Shown here piece after piece: positions 1 to 12,000 of a stretch of 64,000 nt of DNA. Source of the DNA: Octopus vulgaris (Eukaryota); contig OX597816.1 in the NCBI GenBank assembly GCA_951406725.2, forward strand, positions 136,772,001-136,836,000. Direction: 5' to 3'. Position 1 is the stretch's first letter; the number at the start of each line of letters is the position of its first letter. The notes below the pieces were generated by a model. It saw only the letters and a program-made list of their open reading frames with translations. It had not been told where the DNA came from and did not search any database. The position numbers were made by a program, and so were the translations under genes.

Positions 1-185
1 TTATCTTAGCAGTAATCCACAGAAAGAGATAGAGTGATGTTGTGAGCTAGTGAGAGAGTGAGGGACGAAACAACTGCTTCGTTGGAGAGATACCATAGTT
101 GTTCTAGCCGGTCAGCCAGACTCCGTTGTCCCTAACTGGGTTGTCACCAAAGTGATAACTGGTTGAATCGTCACCAAGTGACTAA

Positions 186-2760
186 CTTATTTCTTTATTT
201 GTCAATGAATGGACACACAGAGAGGGGACAATACAAGACAATACAAAACATTTAGGTTTGGGAGTTATGACTTAATGGAACTCGGAATATGAAATCGGAA
301 AAATGAAATCGAATGGTATAATGAAATCGAGAGTCGTATAAAAATTTCTGTGATTATAATTTCGGGTTCGTGTTCGACCCGCCGGTATTTTTTATTTTCC
401 TTTTTTGTTTTTCTCTTTTTCCTTTTTCTACTTATTACTTTTCATTTCTGATTAGACCGGTTACACCAGCACGGCCCCATTCACTGTCAACTTCTTTACA
501 ACATTCGTCCATCTTTTCACAAACGTATTTCGAAGCAGGCACCTCTTCTCCAGGCTAATCTTTTTAGATAGGTGGTAGATAAAAAGACCAATCAATCCAC
601 GCCCGGGTATGAAGTTACCTGCCTCAATTCCTCTTCCACGCGTCATCCATACTGTTTCTTTCAATATGGCTACTACGCAGAAAAATGACGCCTCCTTTTC
701 CTTGTTAAAGGAGGAAGGCGGCACAATCTTAATGATAGACTTAGTCGATAACCGTACACTTTTTGCATCCGACACCATTTGTTCGACATAGGTTATCAGT
801 TGCCTTAATCCCTCACAATGTACGAAGGCGTGCGTGACAGTTTCACTGACTTGCTCGCACCTTGGACACGTGGGCGGGATACTGGCACCATGCCTTGACA
901 ACCTCTCTCGAACTGGCGATGTCGATCGGTAGCACAACCAGGCCAGCGATTTCTGGAAGTTGTCCAAATACCCCGGCCCGAATATTCTTCCGAATAGGCT
1001 GACAAGCTGTTCTTCATCGAAGCATAGAGTCTCCCCCAGGAGGTCGTCGAACATATGCTCTACCAACCCGCTATAGAAATCCGCAGTGGTAACCCCGCTG
1101 CCGGTATTGCTCGCCCGGGAGAACAGAGGGAGTGCAGGAATCCGCTCCCTCTGCCATACACTCATTTTCGGTCTCCATGTGATCCATGCTCCTACGTCCC
1201 GCAGAGACGTCAAATGTGACAGGAAAAACTTGACATGCGGTGACCACACCCGTTCATCATCCAGGTAGAGCCAGAGGTATCTCAGCTTCAGCGCGTACAT
1301 ACGCATCATCAGCCAAGGCATCCCGAACCCACCTTTTAGCGGTTTCTAGCAACAGATGGAGCGCCTCACAAGTAGTGGTTTCCCCTCCCATAAAATGCGG
1401 AAAAGGATCCGTTCCAACTTGTTCATCCACAAACCGGGGCAAGGCACAACGGTTAGGCGGTAGGTTATCACAGATACTATAAACACCTGCGCAATCGCTC
1501 TCCCTAGCAAAGATAGCAACCTCCCAGACAAAGTTTGGGTTATGGTCGTCACCTTGCTCGTGACTTCACCCAAGTTTTTCTCCAACTGGAAGTCTGGACC
1601 AAATCAGACTCCAAGCAGTTTAACCGGGCCCTCCGTCCAACGTCCTACGACGCTGTTGGGAGGCCTCGACTTGCCCCTCTAAGTGCCGAGTTGCAAGCCG
1701 ACTAATTTTTCCCGGTTAAGTTTTGCTCCTGCCACCGCTTCGTATCTTTTGATGGCGTCTTCTACACAAGGTGGCTGCCCTTCATCAGACACGATGATGG
1801 CGACATTATCCGTTTATGCCGTCGCTATCCTACCGTAATAAAAATCACGCCCCCCCCCACCCGCGTGACCTCCACCCTCCGCAGCAGTGGCTCAAGAGTC
1901 AACATATACAGAAGTGGGGACAGGGGACAGCCATGGCGAACTGAACGTTCGATCGCGAACGGCTTCGAAAAGAAACCGTTCACCCGGACGATAGACTCAA
2001 TGTTGCGATACATAGCATTGATCCATCCACGGAAAGTCGAACACAATCCGACCTCCCGGAGTACCGCCGCCATATAACCATGGTCAACCCTATCGAATGC
2101 TTTAGACTGGTCCAAATTCACCAGTGCCCCCCTTTGCCAGAAACTTTACCCACCCGCTCTATAGTGTAGCGTATGAGGTGAAGGTTGTCATGTATTGTCC
2201 TGCCTGGGATGGAACATCTCTGCGCCTCTCCCACCACGACAAGCTTCACTCTCCTGGCTAACACCTTGGCCATTCTGCTGCCAGTTCGGATATACACCGA
2301 CCAGTATATTCCCGAACAAGTCTGGCATACTCTTATAAAGTTCCCAAGGAAGACCATCCAATCCCGGCGATTTGTCCCCGGGGCACTGGGACAGCACCTC
2401 TATGACCTCCGCAGCTGTGATCGGACCTTCATAGCGCTCCACCTCGCGTGCTGAAAGACACGGGCCACCGGCCAGGAAATCTCGAAGGGCATCCCCACGG
2501 TCCAGCGTCCCGCCCCTCCCGAACAACGCAGCGAAATTCTCCTGAAAGGCCTTATACATCTCTTCCTGTCCGTCGATCTCTAACTAGAGACCCTTCTACT
2601 CTAGCCTGCTCTTGACTTAACTATTTGCTAAATCTAATAGACTCAAGTCGAATGGTTCTTTTGATGGCAACCCACCACCGGTTATTCAACACGATACCGG
2701 TGAGTGCCCTCTTGACTAACTCCTTAATCTGGTTACGGTATGTTTCGCAAGACAATACAG
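186..2760 (-). mobile_element. Decayed, 5'-truncated Tx1/L1-clade non-LTR retrotransposon (ORF2 RT, zinc-binding domain, 3' UTR)
   Basis: Frameshifted minus-strand ORFs give KSPGLDGLPWELYK, IPGRTIHDNLHLIR, LDQSKAFDRVDH, VRHGCPLSPLLY and CPRCEQVSETVTHAFVHC. The 3' UTR ends in AATAAAGAAAT near 190. Confidence 0.9.
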
Positions 2761-3271
2761 TTTTGTTTGTCTTTTGCTTGCGGGTTCTTGTTTTTATAAC
2801 TATCCAGAAGGATAGACATATCATTGAGAACAATAGATTTAGTTGATGATCTTGTCATCTAAATTCTAGCTTTTGGTGAAGTAGAAGAGGCTAGAAGGGT
2901 CAAGTGGTGAAGACATTATTTCGGCCTAGCTAAGGCATCTGGAAAATGTAAAACTGCTGTTACAGAAAAACTATTATATATATATATATATATATACACC
3001 GTCTAAGAAACCATAGGGCAGGAAAAATTACGCTCGTATATCTGTCAATAGAGTGAGTAAATTAATTGAAGTGTACATTATTTTATATCCATTACAGCCG
3101 ATCTTAGCAATCGGTTTCGGACACCAACCACAATAGAAAACAGTCGCCATATTTCATTCCATAACTTCCACGCGCAGAGTTACATAATCGGACTGTTACC
3201 TAACACTCTATTGAATGTCTAGTACGATTGTTACGATCGGCCGTGCTGAATATATAATACTGTACACTTCG

Positions 3272-3334
<63 letters not shown>

Positions 3335-3347
<13 letters not shown>

Positions 3348-3575
3348 ATGTGCGTGTGTTTTTCTGCTTTTGTTTGTCCCCACCACCGATTGACAGCTGA
3401 TGTTGGTGTGTTTACTCGTCCATAAATTAGCGGTTTGGCAAAAGAGAACAATAGAATCGATACCAGACTTTACTAAACAATAATAAGTAGTGGAGTCGAT
3501 TCATTCGACTAAAAACATTCTTCAATGCAGTTGCCCCGGCATGGCCGCAGTCTAATGACTGAAACAACAATAAGA
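3335..3575 (+). mobile_element. SINE family A, 3' half
   Basis: Matches the 3' half of the full copy at 13788-14230 (GGTGTGTTTAC...GCATGGCCGCAGTC.AATGACTGAAAC). Confidence 0.8.
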
Positions 3576-3950
3576 AAGGAAAAAAAGAGTGTAAGTTTAA
3601 ATGCGGAACGTTGAGATACGCATTGTCAGCATGATATATACAAAGTTATATGCTATATAGGCTATGATGGACTATGGTATAAAATATGATATAAGACTAT
3701 GATATAACATATGATATAGACTATGATATAACAGTCTTACCAAATTCTAATTGGAGATGTCTGTCGGATTCTCATAGAGTTAGTCAACCTAAATTATCTC
3801 GGAGACCTGTACTAATTGTGTAGTGAGGTATCAGAGTACAGGACGAACTATAAAATAAAAATTCAGCTATTCATTTTATCGTACACTTAACCTAGTTTCC
3901 AACCAGACATCACCGTTAACTATTATATTTCAAATTTGACAAGTAAGTTC

Positions 3951-4032
3951 GCTGCGATGGCCGAGTGGTTAAGGCGTTGGACTCGAAATCCAATGGGATA
4001 TTCCCGCACAGGTTCGAATCCTGTTCGCAGCG
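3951..4032 (+). tRNA. tRNA-Ser-CGA: tRNA-Ser(CGA), intronless, 82 nt
   Basis: Acceptor stem GCTGCGA/TCGCAGC plus G discriminator; anticodon stem TTGGA/TCCAA around CT-CGA-AA; long variable arm; T arm ACAGG-TTCGAAT-CCTGT; intact A and B boxes. Confidence 0.97.
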
Positions 4033-4038
4033 TTACGA

Positions 4039-4047
4039 TTTTTTTTT
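4039..4047 (+). terminator. Pol III oligo-T terminator of the tRNA-Ser gene
   Basis: T9 run starting 7 nt after the tRNA 3' end. Confidence 0.8.
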
Positions 4048-4182
4048 ATTATGGGGTTTTAAGTGTCAGTGTTTATTTTTTCTTTATTTTTTTTACAGAT
4101 ATGTCTACGATAACATTCGGTTCATTTTGGATGCATGAGGTAATCTAGAACTTGCTTTCACAATTCTGTCAGCACTTCGTAT

Positions 4183-4647
4183 CTTTTATTTGCTTCAGTC
4201 GTTGAACTGGCCATGCTAGGGCGCCATCTTGAAGGTTTTAGTCGAACAAATAGACCCGAGTACTAATTTTTATGTATAGCTCGTATTCTGTCGGTCTCTT
4301 TTACCGAACTGTTTAATTACGGAGACGTAAGCAAGACAACACCGATTGTCAAACGGTTGAAAGGGACACACACACATACATACATGCATAGAATTATTAT
4401 TTATACTAACAATAATTGGAGCACTTAGTATTGTAAGTAAATACCTAACTGTCAATGTGGATAAGCTAGGATTTTCAGAAAAAGAAATCAACCAACTGAC
4501 TCGCACATTACAAATACAATCTGTAGTAAGCGGAACAGTAAAACAAGGCAAGACTTTTTCTCAAGCTTAAAATGTGACATGGTTTTCATTATCTACATTC
4601 CAACGATGGAGCTTTGTATCTTTGTCAGAAAATAGCTCCTTCAATAA

Positions 4648-4678
<31 letters not shown>

Positions 4679-5015
4679 CATACATACATACATACATACA
4701 TGCATGCATGTATGTATGTATGTATGTATGTATGTATGTATGTATGTATGTATGTATGTATGTATGTATGTATGTATGTATGTATGTATGTATGTATGTA
4801 TGTATGTATGTATGTATGTATGTATGTATGTATGTATGTATGTATGTATGTACACCACAGGCTTCCACGCAGTTTTTGTTCACATATTCACTCCCAAACA
4901 ATTGCTCGAGGCAATAGGAAAAAGAATACTTGCCCAAGGTGCTACACAGAGGGACTGAACCCGAAAGCACATGGTTACGGAGTGAATTTCTTAACCACAC
5001 AGTCATGTCTGCACT
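4183..5015 (-). mobile_element. Diverged SINE family A copy with expanded internal (CATA)n/(TATG)n
   Basis: Tail at 4183-4370 and a degenerate head at 4855-5015 resemble the copy at 6373-6810. Confidence 0.65.
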
Positions 5016-5194
5016 TATAAACCTACTTTTCTATGATGTTGATTATTTATATCCCTATTAAGCTCTATCAATAAGACCACCTCTTATAAAACCTTTGTAA
5101 ATGAGACAACGATGAAATCTCTTTATTAAAACTTATACATAAATTAATGATGGATTATCTTTATAAAACAATACTGTAGGATAGTGATTAAAAA

Positions 5195-5425
5195 AAACCG
5201 TCACACCGTCGGATCATGTACCTGCTCACTGCTAACGAGGGCGGAAATGGTTGTTCGCAAGTGTGAGCCCCGTGAGTGGCTGATCCAGCGCATCTCCCAC
5301 GCTGTCTCCGGAGCAATGCCTTTTCCATTTTGCCTGTTGGAGCCATGAGATATGTTTCTATTTTGTGAGAGGCAAGATTTTTCAAAATTAATTCAAATAA
5401 AGGCAGTTTACTGTTAAAAAAAAAC
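5195..5425 (+). mobile_element. 3' fragment of a CRE-like RLE LINE
   Basis: Translates, with one frameshift, to CEPREWLIQRISHAV.RSNAFSILP. This resembles the QRIS.AVQRGNA.SIL C-terminus of CRE-like elements. It is followed by AATAAA and an A-run. Confidence 0.6.
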
Positions 5426-5532
5426 AAAAAAGCAAATAGGATAATGATTTATATCCTTATTGTACTTTGTCAATACTATAATAAAGGTCTTTTTATAATT
5501 TATTTTTATTTTCGGATTTTGATAGTTTATAT

Positions 5533-5784
5533 CAGTGGTTTTCAACGAGAGTCCATAAGACCCTTGGGGATTCATATAAGATTTTGTTGCTAAAATTTAT
5601 GCGCAATAAATTGGTTATACGTCTACAATACAGAAAATATTTTAAGTTTTTCCTTATACAATTCCTATTAAAATTCAGTTATAAAAATACAACTGGATTT
5701 TTTTATACATCGAATGGCTATGGGTATCCAGCCGACTAAAACAGTAAAAAGGGGGCAAAACATGGCAAAACATGAGAATAACTG
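5533..5784. mobile_element. hAT-type MITE
   Basis: Ends CAGTGGTTTTC...GAGAATAACTG; 8-bp flanks GTTTATAT/ATTTATAT (7/8 match). Confidence 0.7.
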
Positions 5785-6372
5785 ATTTATATCCTTACAA
5801 GCCTAAAAGAGTATATCCCTATTGAAGCTATATTCAGAAGCAGCTAAACTTGGAGGCAAGCTCACAAAATAAAGACTAGTTTTTACAGCACTGTCAACTG
5901 CTTACAACGGTGAACTATACTTCTCTATGATACTGCCTTAGAGCTTGTTAGACGTGGTCTAATTACTAGAGCTCCAATACGGCGCCGGTTATTAATGCCT
6001 TAATATACGGACTCATATCAACACTTATTTATTTTTGCTGTAGAATTAACCCTTTTACTGCGGAAATCTGTTGTATCCGCTCAAATTTTCGTTACCCTTA
6101 ACTACAGGAAGCAGTTTTATACACCAATTTGTCTTTTGTTGGAGTAGGTCGTGTTCGAAGCTATTTTCTCTTCAGATATGTCACGTTTATTAAGGCAAAA
6201 TGACTGGCAGAGAATACCAATTCTAGTTTTTATTTATTTATTTTGTATATTTAACAACATTACTGGAAAAACCATGAAATTTAATTTCGCAGTGGAAGGG
6301 TATTTTGGCAACTTGGACAAGGGGTAGGATCGTCTGGTTCAATTCTCAGCTTATGACAATAGTGGGCAGCTC

Positions 6373-6590
6373 TTTTACTCTTTTACTTGTTTCAGTCATT
6401 TGACTGCGGCCATGCTGGAGCACCGCCTTTAGTCGAGCAACTCGACCCCGGGACTTATTCTTTTGTAAGCCAAGTACTTATTCTATCGGTCTCTTTTGCC
6501 GAACCGCTAAGTAACGGGGACATAAACACACCACCATCGGTTGTCAAGCAATGCTAGGGAGACAAACACAGACACACAAACACACACACA

Positions 6591-6647
<57 letters not shown>

Positions 6648-6810
6648 GACGGGCTTCTTTCAATTTCCGTCTACCAAATCCACTCACAAGGCTTTGGTCG
6701 GTCCGAGGCTATAGTAGAAGACACTTGCCCAAGGTGCCACGCAGTGGGACTGAACCCGGACCATGTGGTTGGTAAACAAGCTACTTACCACACAGCCACT
6801 CCTGCGCCTA
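6373..6810 (-). mobile_element. Full-length tRNA-derived SINE family A with internal (TA)n(TG)n
   Basis: Minus strand begins AGGCGCAGGAGTGGCTGTGTGGTAAG, has a B-box-like GGTTCAGTCCC and a CORE-like CCTTGGGCAAGT, and ends with a (GTAAAAGA) repeat. More than 10 copies occur in the window. Confidence 0.9.
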
Positions 6811-7244
6811 TATAAGTATATGAGTGAGATAAATTTTAGAAGTACGGTATTCTGGGGCTGTAAGATTGGACAGAATGGTTAGTGGAAACGTAGCCGGATT
6901 TAGAGGAGGCACAAGGGGCAATTGCCCCGGGTTCCTCAAATGTCGGGGGTCCCTTCCACAAGTAGTGGCCCTTTGTACTGGAAGACCCTGTCTTTCCCAG
7001 AAAGCTTGCATGAAGAGGACCTTTCCCTATCGACTTTAAAAAATCTTTTAAAAAAAACACCACATTTTCTCCACCATAGCGACACCAGATATTCAACCTT
7101 AAAACGATGGATGGAGAAAAAAATAACAACGAAAATCAAGAATAAGAAAAATGAAACATGTTTAAGTTCTTTTATGTATCTTACTATGGAAAGTTGTTTG
7201 ACCCAACGATGACCCGTCAATTTCTGGTTTTTTCATTTGCGATT

Positions 7245-7293
<49 letters not shown>

Positions 7294-7499
7294 ACACACA
7301 CACACTCACATATATTGCCACTCCCTAAAGTTATTATGCTCATTAGGTAGTTAATTGGTACGCTGAGCATATTTACAAGAACAAAAAAGGTAAAAACTGT
7401 CTAACTTACAAAATTTTAATTTTTCATTTATTGTAGAGAGGAGTATATGAGCCGCACACAAGTGTATGTGTAGTTCAGACGTTTCCAAGATGGCCGAAT

Positions 7500-8041
7500 A
7501 AATGTCGATATTGACCTTCTGGGAGACCCGCGACCAGCAGAACTGCAAAAAACATCGCAGAGGTGCGTACAGCTGTCTGAAGGGGGAATCCTCGAATCAC
7601 CATCCGCGAGTTATCAGAAGATGTGCGGATTAGTTACGGTTCGGTTCAGTCCATTATTACTGAAGATTTGGGTATGAGAAGCGTGTCTGCCAGGTTTGTC
7701 CCAAAACTGCTTTCAGCTGACCAAAAAGACACTCTGGTTTCAGTTGCACAAGATCTCCTTGATTGTGTTGAGAAGGATGAAAACTTTTTGAAAACTTTGC
7801 GTAGGGCTCTGAGCAGGTATTGTCAAGCTTTTGGCAAAATTTGATGCAAATTTTCTGCTCAACTTTCTATCATGGTCAGTGCGACGATCACTGCTGTAAA
7901 CAGCGGAAGCGAGCTAGAACGATAAAACTTAGTGCGCATGCACAGCAGAGTTCAAGTTCAATTTTTGCCCAGCGGCTTCACTCTGCATGCTTTAGCTTCG
8001 TTACTATGGCAACAGTCTGGATACTTATTGATCAGACCTCG
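7500..8041 (+). mobile_element. Internally deleted mariner element (transposase HTH region and 3' TIR)
   Basis: PRITIRELSEDVRISYGSVQSIITEDLGMRSVSARFVPKLLSADQK; terminal CTTATTGATCAGACCTCG followed by TA. The left boundary is approximate. Confidence 0.85.
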
Positions 8042-8541
8042 TACATGCATACATATATACATGATTAAGATTTTAAGAATGACGAACAAGACAAGCTGTT
8101 TTCCTTCACAACATTCGCTACCAAGTAGGTGGACAATTAAAATGTACTCTAAATTGAAAATATAAACAGAAAAAAAGAGAAGAGGTACATGCAATATATA
8201 CATGCATACTTACATATATACAAGATAATGACTGATAGTTCTTTCAGTCCGAAGATCCTAAGGAAAGGTGGTACGTTCTCAAGTGACTATGTAAACTGAT
8301 AATTAACGCTGCACGGCTTAATTATTTATTTTTTTCAGCTTGGGCTGAGTAGTTTTTAAGTAGAAGTCACCATGCAATCGGATCCCACTCTTCAGACTTG
8401 ACAGTCTGACCACAGTGGCTCAGCGAGCTAAGAGAGATGCAGTAACCAGCTAGCTGTAGGTCTTACTTTAGATTGGTATTTTCCTATGTGAATTGCTTTA
8501 CAGGGCTGGAGAGCTCCACCTATCCTGGACATACATACATA

Positions 8542-9250
8542 ATGTCATCACGGTATTATCTATCGATGAGTCGTGATGTAGCTAGGACACACTATAATGA
8601 AATTCGTCAGAAGGATAATGAGAACCCACAGTAAGGTTGAAGTTATAGCCATTCATAATAAAAGGAAGTACTGGTGGAATGTCCCAGTGAAGACCTCAAT
8701 AAAATATAAGCACAACAGACCTGATATAATGATTTGGGATAGAGAAGAGAAACTGTGTACAGTTGGGAAAATCACCTGCCCTGCAGATGTTAACATAAAG
8801 CTGAAGATCAGTGAAAAAGAAAACACCTACGCTGAACTATCGAGAATTCTGCAGTTACTCTATCCAGATTACAAGTTCAGGTTTATATATGCAATTATTG
8901 GAGCCCTGGTATATGTAACACACTACGTAAATACCAAACTTGAAAAATTAGGCTTCTCAAAACCAGAAAGGGAACAACTAATTCGAAGACTACCTAGCCA
9001 TTCCATCACCGGAACTGTAAAACTTTTCAGAAGTTTATCATTTAAAATATATACGAGCATGTCTAGATATGCAACTATATGCATGAGAATACATACATAA
9101 AGCAAAACATACAAACCTGCACATATACATACATATAAACAAAAATACCCTGTTCTTGATGTTGAAATTCCAATGAAGGAGCCTTGAATCTAGGTTAGAA
9201 ACCGGCTCTTTCTCTATTGGCAAGAAATCTTGAAATAAACTGAACAATGA
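8542..9250 (+). mobile_element. 5'-truncated R4/Dong-like LINE: restriction-like endonuclease domain and 3' UTR
   Basis: ORF 8597-9100 gives WWNVPVKT..HNRPDIMIWD..ITCPADVNIKLKISEKENTY..IIGAL, a PD-(D/E)XK RLE pattern. Flanked by (CATA)n on both sides. Confidence 0.8.
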
Positions 9251-9637
9251 CATACATACATACAATACATACATACATACATACATACATACATACATAC
9301 ATACATACATACATACATACATACATACATACATACATACATACATACATACGTACTCGTTATAGTGATTTCAAATTTTAGCACAAGACCAGTACAGCAA
9401 TTTTGGAGTGGAGTAGGTCGTTTACATCGACTACAGTGTTCAACTGGTACTTATTTTATGGACCCATATCGATATATATTATAATCAAAAGCAAACATTC
9501 TCGTCTGAACTTTCCTTTGGCTGTTCACGACAGTCAGAAACAGCCAAGATCGAAATTCAGCGCAGGAAGTCAGCTTTTGACGTAATACAAACACATGTAT
9601 ATAATTACATGCATACATGCATACATACATATATACG

Positions 9638-9712
<75 letters not shown>

Positions 9713-9954
9713 AGTGTATTGAGTTTTATTTCAGATAATACTTGCATTATGTAAAAGACACACACACACACATATGGCTGCATGCATTATGTATGTACAT
9801 AAATATAACTTTTGCTTATTTTGTTGTTCAAAGATATATTATAAAAGAGCAATATGTGCACTTGTATTAGAAAAGTGTAGTAGTGGTGGTGGTGGTTGTG
9901 TTGTTGTTGTTGTTTTTGGTGGTGGTGGTGGTGGTGGTGGTGGTGGTGGTGGTG

Positions 9955-10036
<82 letters not shown>

Positions 10037-10369
10037 TATACGTTTATCACATGTGAGTTACAGAGTGCTATATATCCGGATGTTCAACCATCCTTTTCGT
10101 TGACTGTATTCATCAACGGTTTGTGTGCAACCGACCGAAAGTCTAAATGAATGAAAGTTTCGGACCGGATATGTTATAACCGCTTCCTCCTGTATCACAC
10201 ACAACTATGTATGTATGTATGTATGTATGTATGTATGTATGTATGTATGTATGTATGTATGTATGTATGTATATAATATAATAATATAATGTATATAATA
10301 TATATATACATATGCATGTATACATACATATATGTACATACTTATATATGTATATACACATGCTTATAT

Positions 10370-10968
10370 GTGTACAGGACGTCATAGAACGTAAACAACA
10401 TGAAATACGAAATACGAAACATGGAATACGGACATTTTTGCGAACAACGAAAGAAACAAATGGAAAACAAGATAAGCAACATAAAGAACGACCCTTCATC
10501 AGCTGCCGTCGGTTTTATCTAATCCACATTTCGAGCATTTACGACAAGATGTGCCTTCGTCAAAATATTTGCTCCCACAAAGCAAATTAATTAAAATTTG
10601 GGATTTGCGGAGGGTCAAAGTTGATAACAAAAACAGGATAGTGAAAACGGTAAGGACTGTTAAGCTATGATGAGGTGAGGTGGCGAATGCTGGAGAAACA
10701 AGCTTTGGCAGGAGACAGACAAAGATGCGTCTGATCTCTGGTAGCAGATCGGAAGAAAAGAAACTCAATTTAGGAAAAGAGAGATGCCCGATGGTCACGA
10801 GTGAGCAACGAGAGAGTAAAGAAGAGAGAGGGACAGATAGAGAACAGTGAAGGGGAGAGGAAACGAGAGAAATAGAAATAGAATAGAACAAGTGTTGCAT
10901 CAAAATTATTGAGATAAAACTTACTTGGACATGGATGTGTGGCGTTCAATCATATAATAATATAAATA

Positions 10969-11015
<47 letters not shown>

Positions 11016-11226
11016 TACTTACATATACATGTATGTACATACACATGGATATATGGGTACAGGACGTCGTAGAACGTAAACAACATGAAATACGAAATAC
11101 GAAAACATCGAATACGAACTATTTTTGCGAACAACGAAAGAAACAAATGGAAAACCAGACAAGCAACATAAAGAACGACTCTTGAACAGTTGTCAACTGT
11201 TTTATGTACTCCACATTTCGAGCATT
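10370..11226 (-). mobile_element. Probable Penelope-like terminal-repeat remnants; direct repeat 10370-10540 / 11055-11226
   Basis: About 170-bp direct repeat embedded in (TA)n. Minus strand carries a hammerhead-like TTGACGA-AGGCA...TGCTC-GAAA near 10525-10565. Confidence 0.5.
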
Positions 11227-11388
11227 ATATATGTGTGTGTGTATGTATGTTTGTGTATATATATATATGCATGTATGTATTTGTGTATTTGTGTGTGTAT
11301 GTATGTAGGCGTATATATATATTTATATGTATCTATATACAAACTTATGTGTGTGTGTAAGTGCATGCATGTATGTACATACCTATGT

Positions 11389-11424
<36 letters not shown>

Positions 11425-11489
11425 TACTCTTGGAAAATAGAACAGTAACTTTTATGTCTGCCGTATAAAAAAAACGACAGTTCTTATGA

Positions 11490-12000
11490 CACCCTTTTGT
11501 AGACTAGTTCGATGTAAAATGACAGTGACCTTATCTTTGTGGCTGGTGGCTTCAGCGATCACGTTGGGCAACGTCCTAGTGGATTCCATGGTGTGCATGG
11601 AGGCTATACATTTGGTCTTTGAATTGAGGATGGAGCAAAGCTCTTGCAGTCCTGTGACGCAAAAGGCTTAATGAACTGCAACATAAACGTCAGAAAACCA
11701 GCCAGTCACCAGATCCCCTACCAATCTTGTGCGTATACAAACCAGATTGACTGCATTCACACCAGAAACTGGACAGATAGTTGTAAAAGCAAAATCACTC
11801 ACTGGTAAAGAATGTACCACCCAACACAGATTAGTGGTTAGTGACTTCAGATTTCGAGCCTGTCTGGGAAAGGAAGATATAGAAGCTTAATGATCCATCG
11901 AACAGTCAGAAATTTAGAGAAGTTTAAAAACACTTGACGAGAAGGATGAGGAGATACAGACGTATAAGATAAAGACATGAGGCATTCCGGGTTGCAAGAC
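11490..12000 (+). mobile_element. RTE-clade LINE apurinic-endonuclease fragment
   Basis: Broken frames give FVAGGFSDHVG..GFHGVHGGYTFG and QIDCIHTR..GKECTTQHRLVVSDF. Confidence 0.75.

Noticed and set aside
5222-5333. GC-rich minus-strand exon candidate (CAG|G...CAG|GTAC) with a homeobox-like AKWKR
   Set aside because: The plus strand is better explained as the C-terminus of a CRE-like LINE with a poly(A) end; no WFQNRR and no partner exons.
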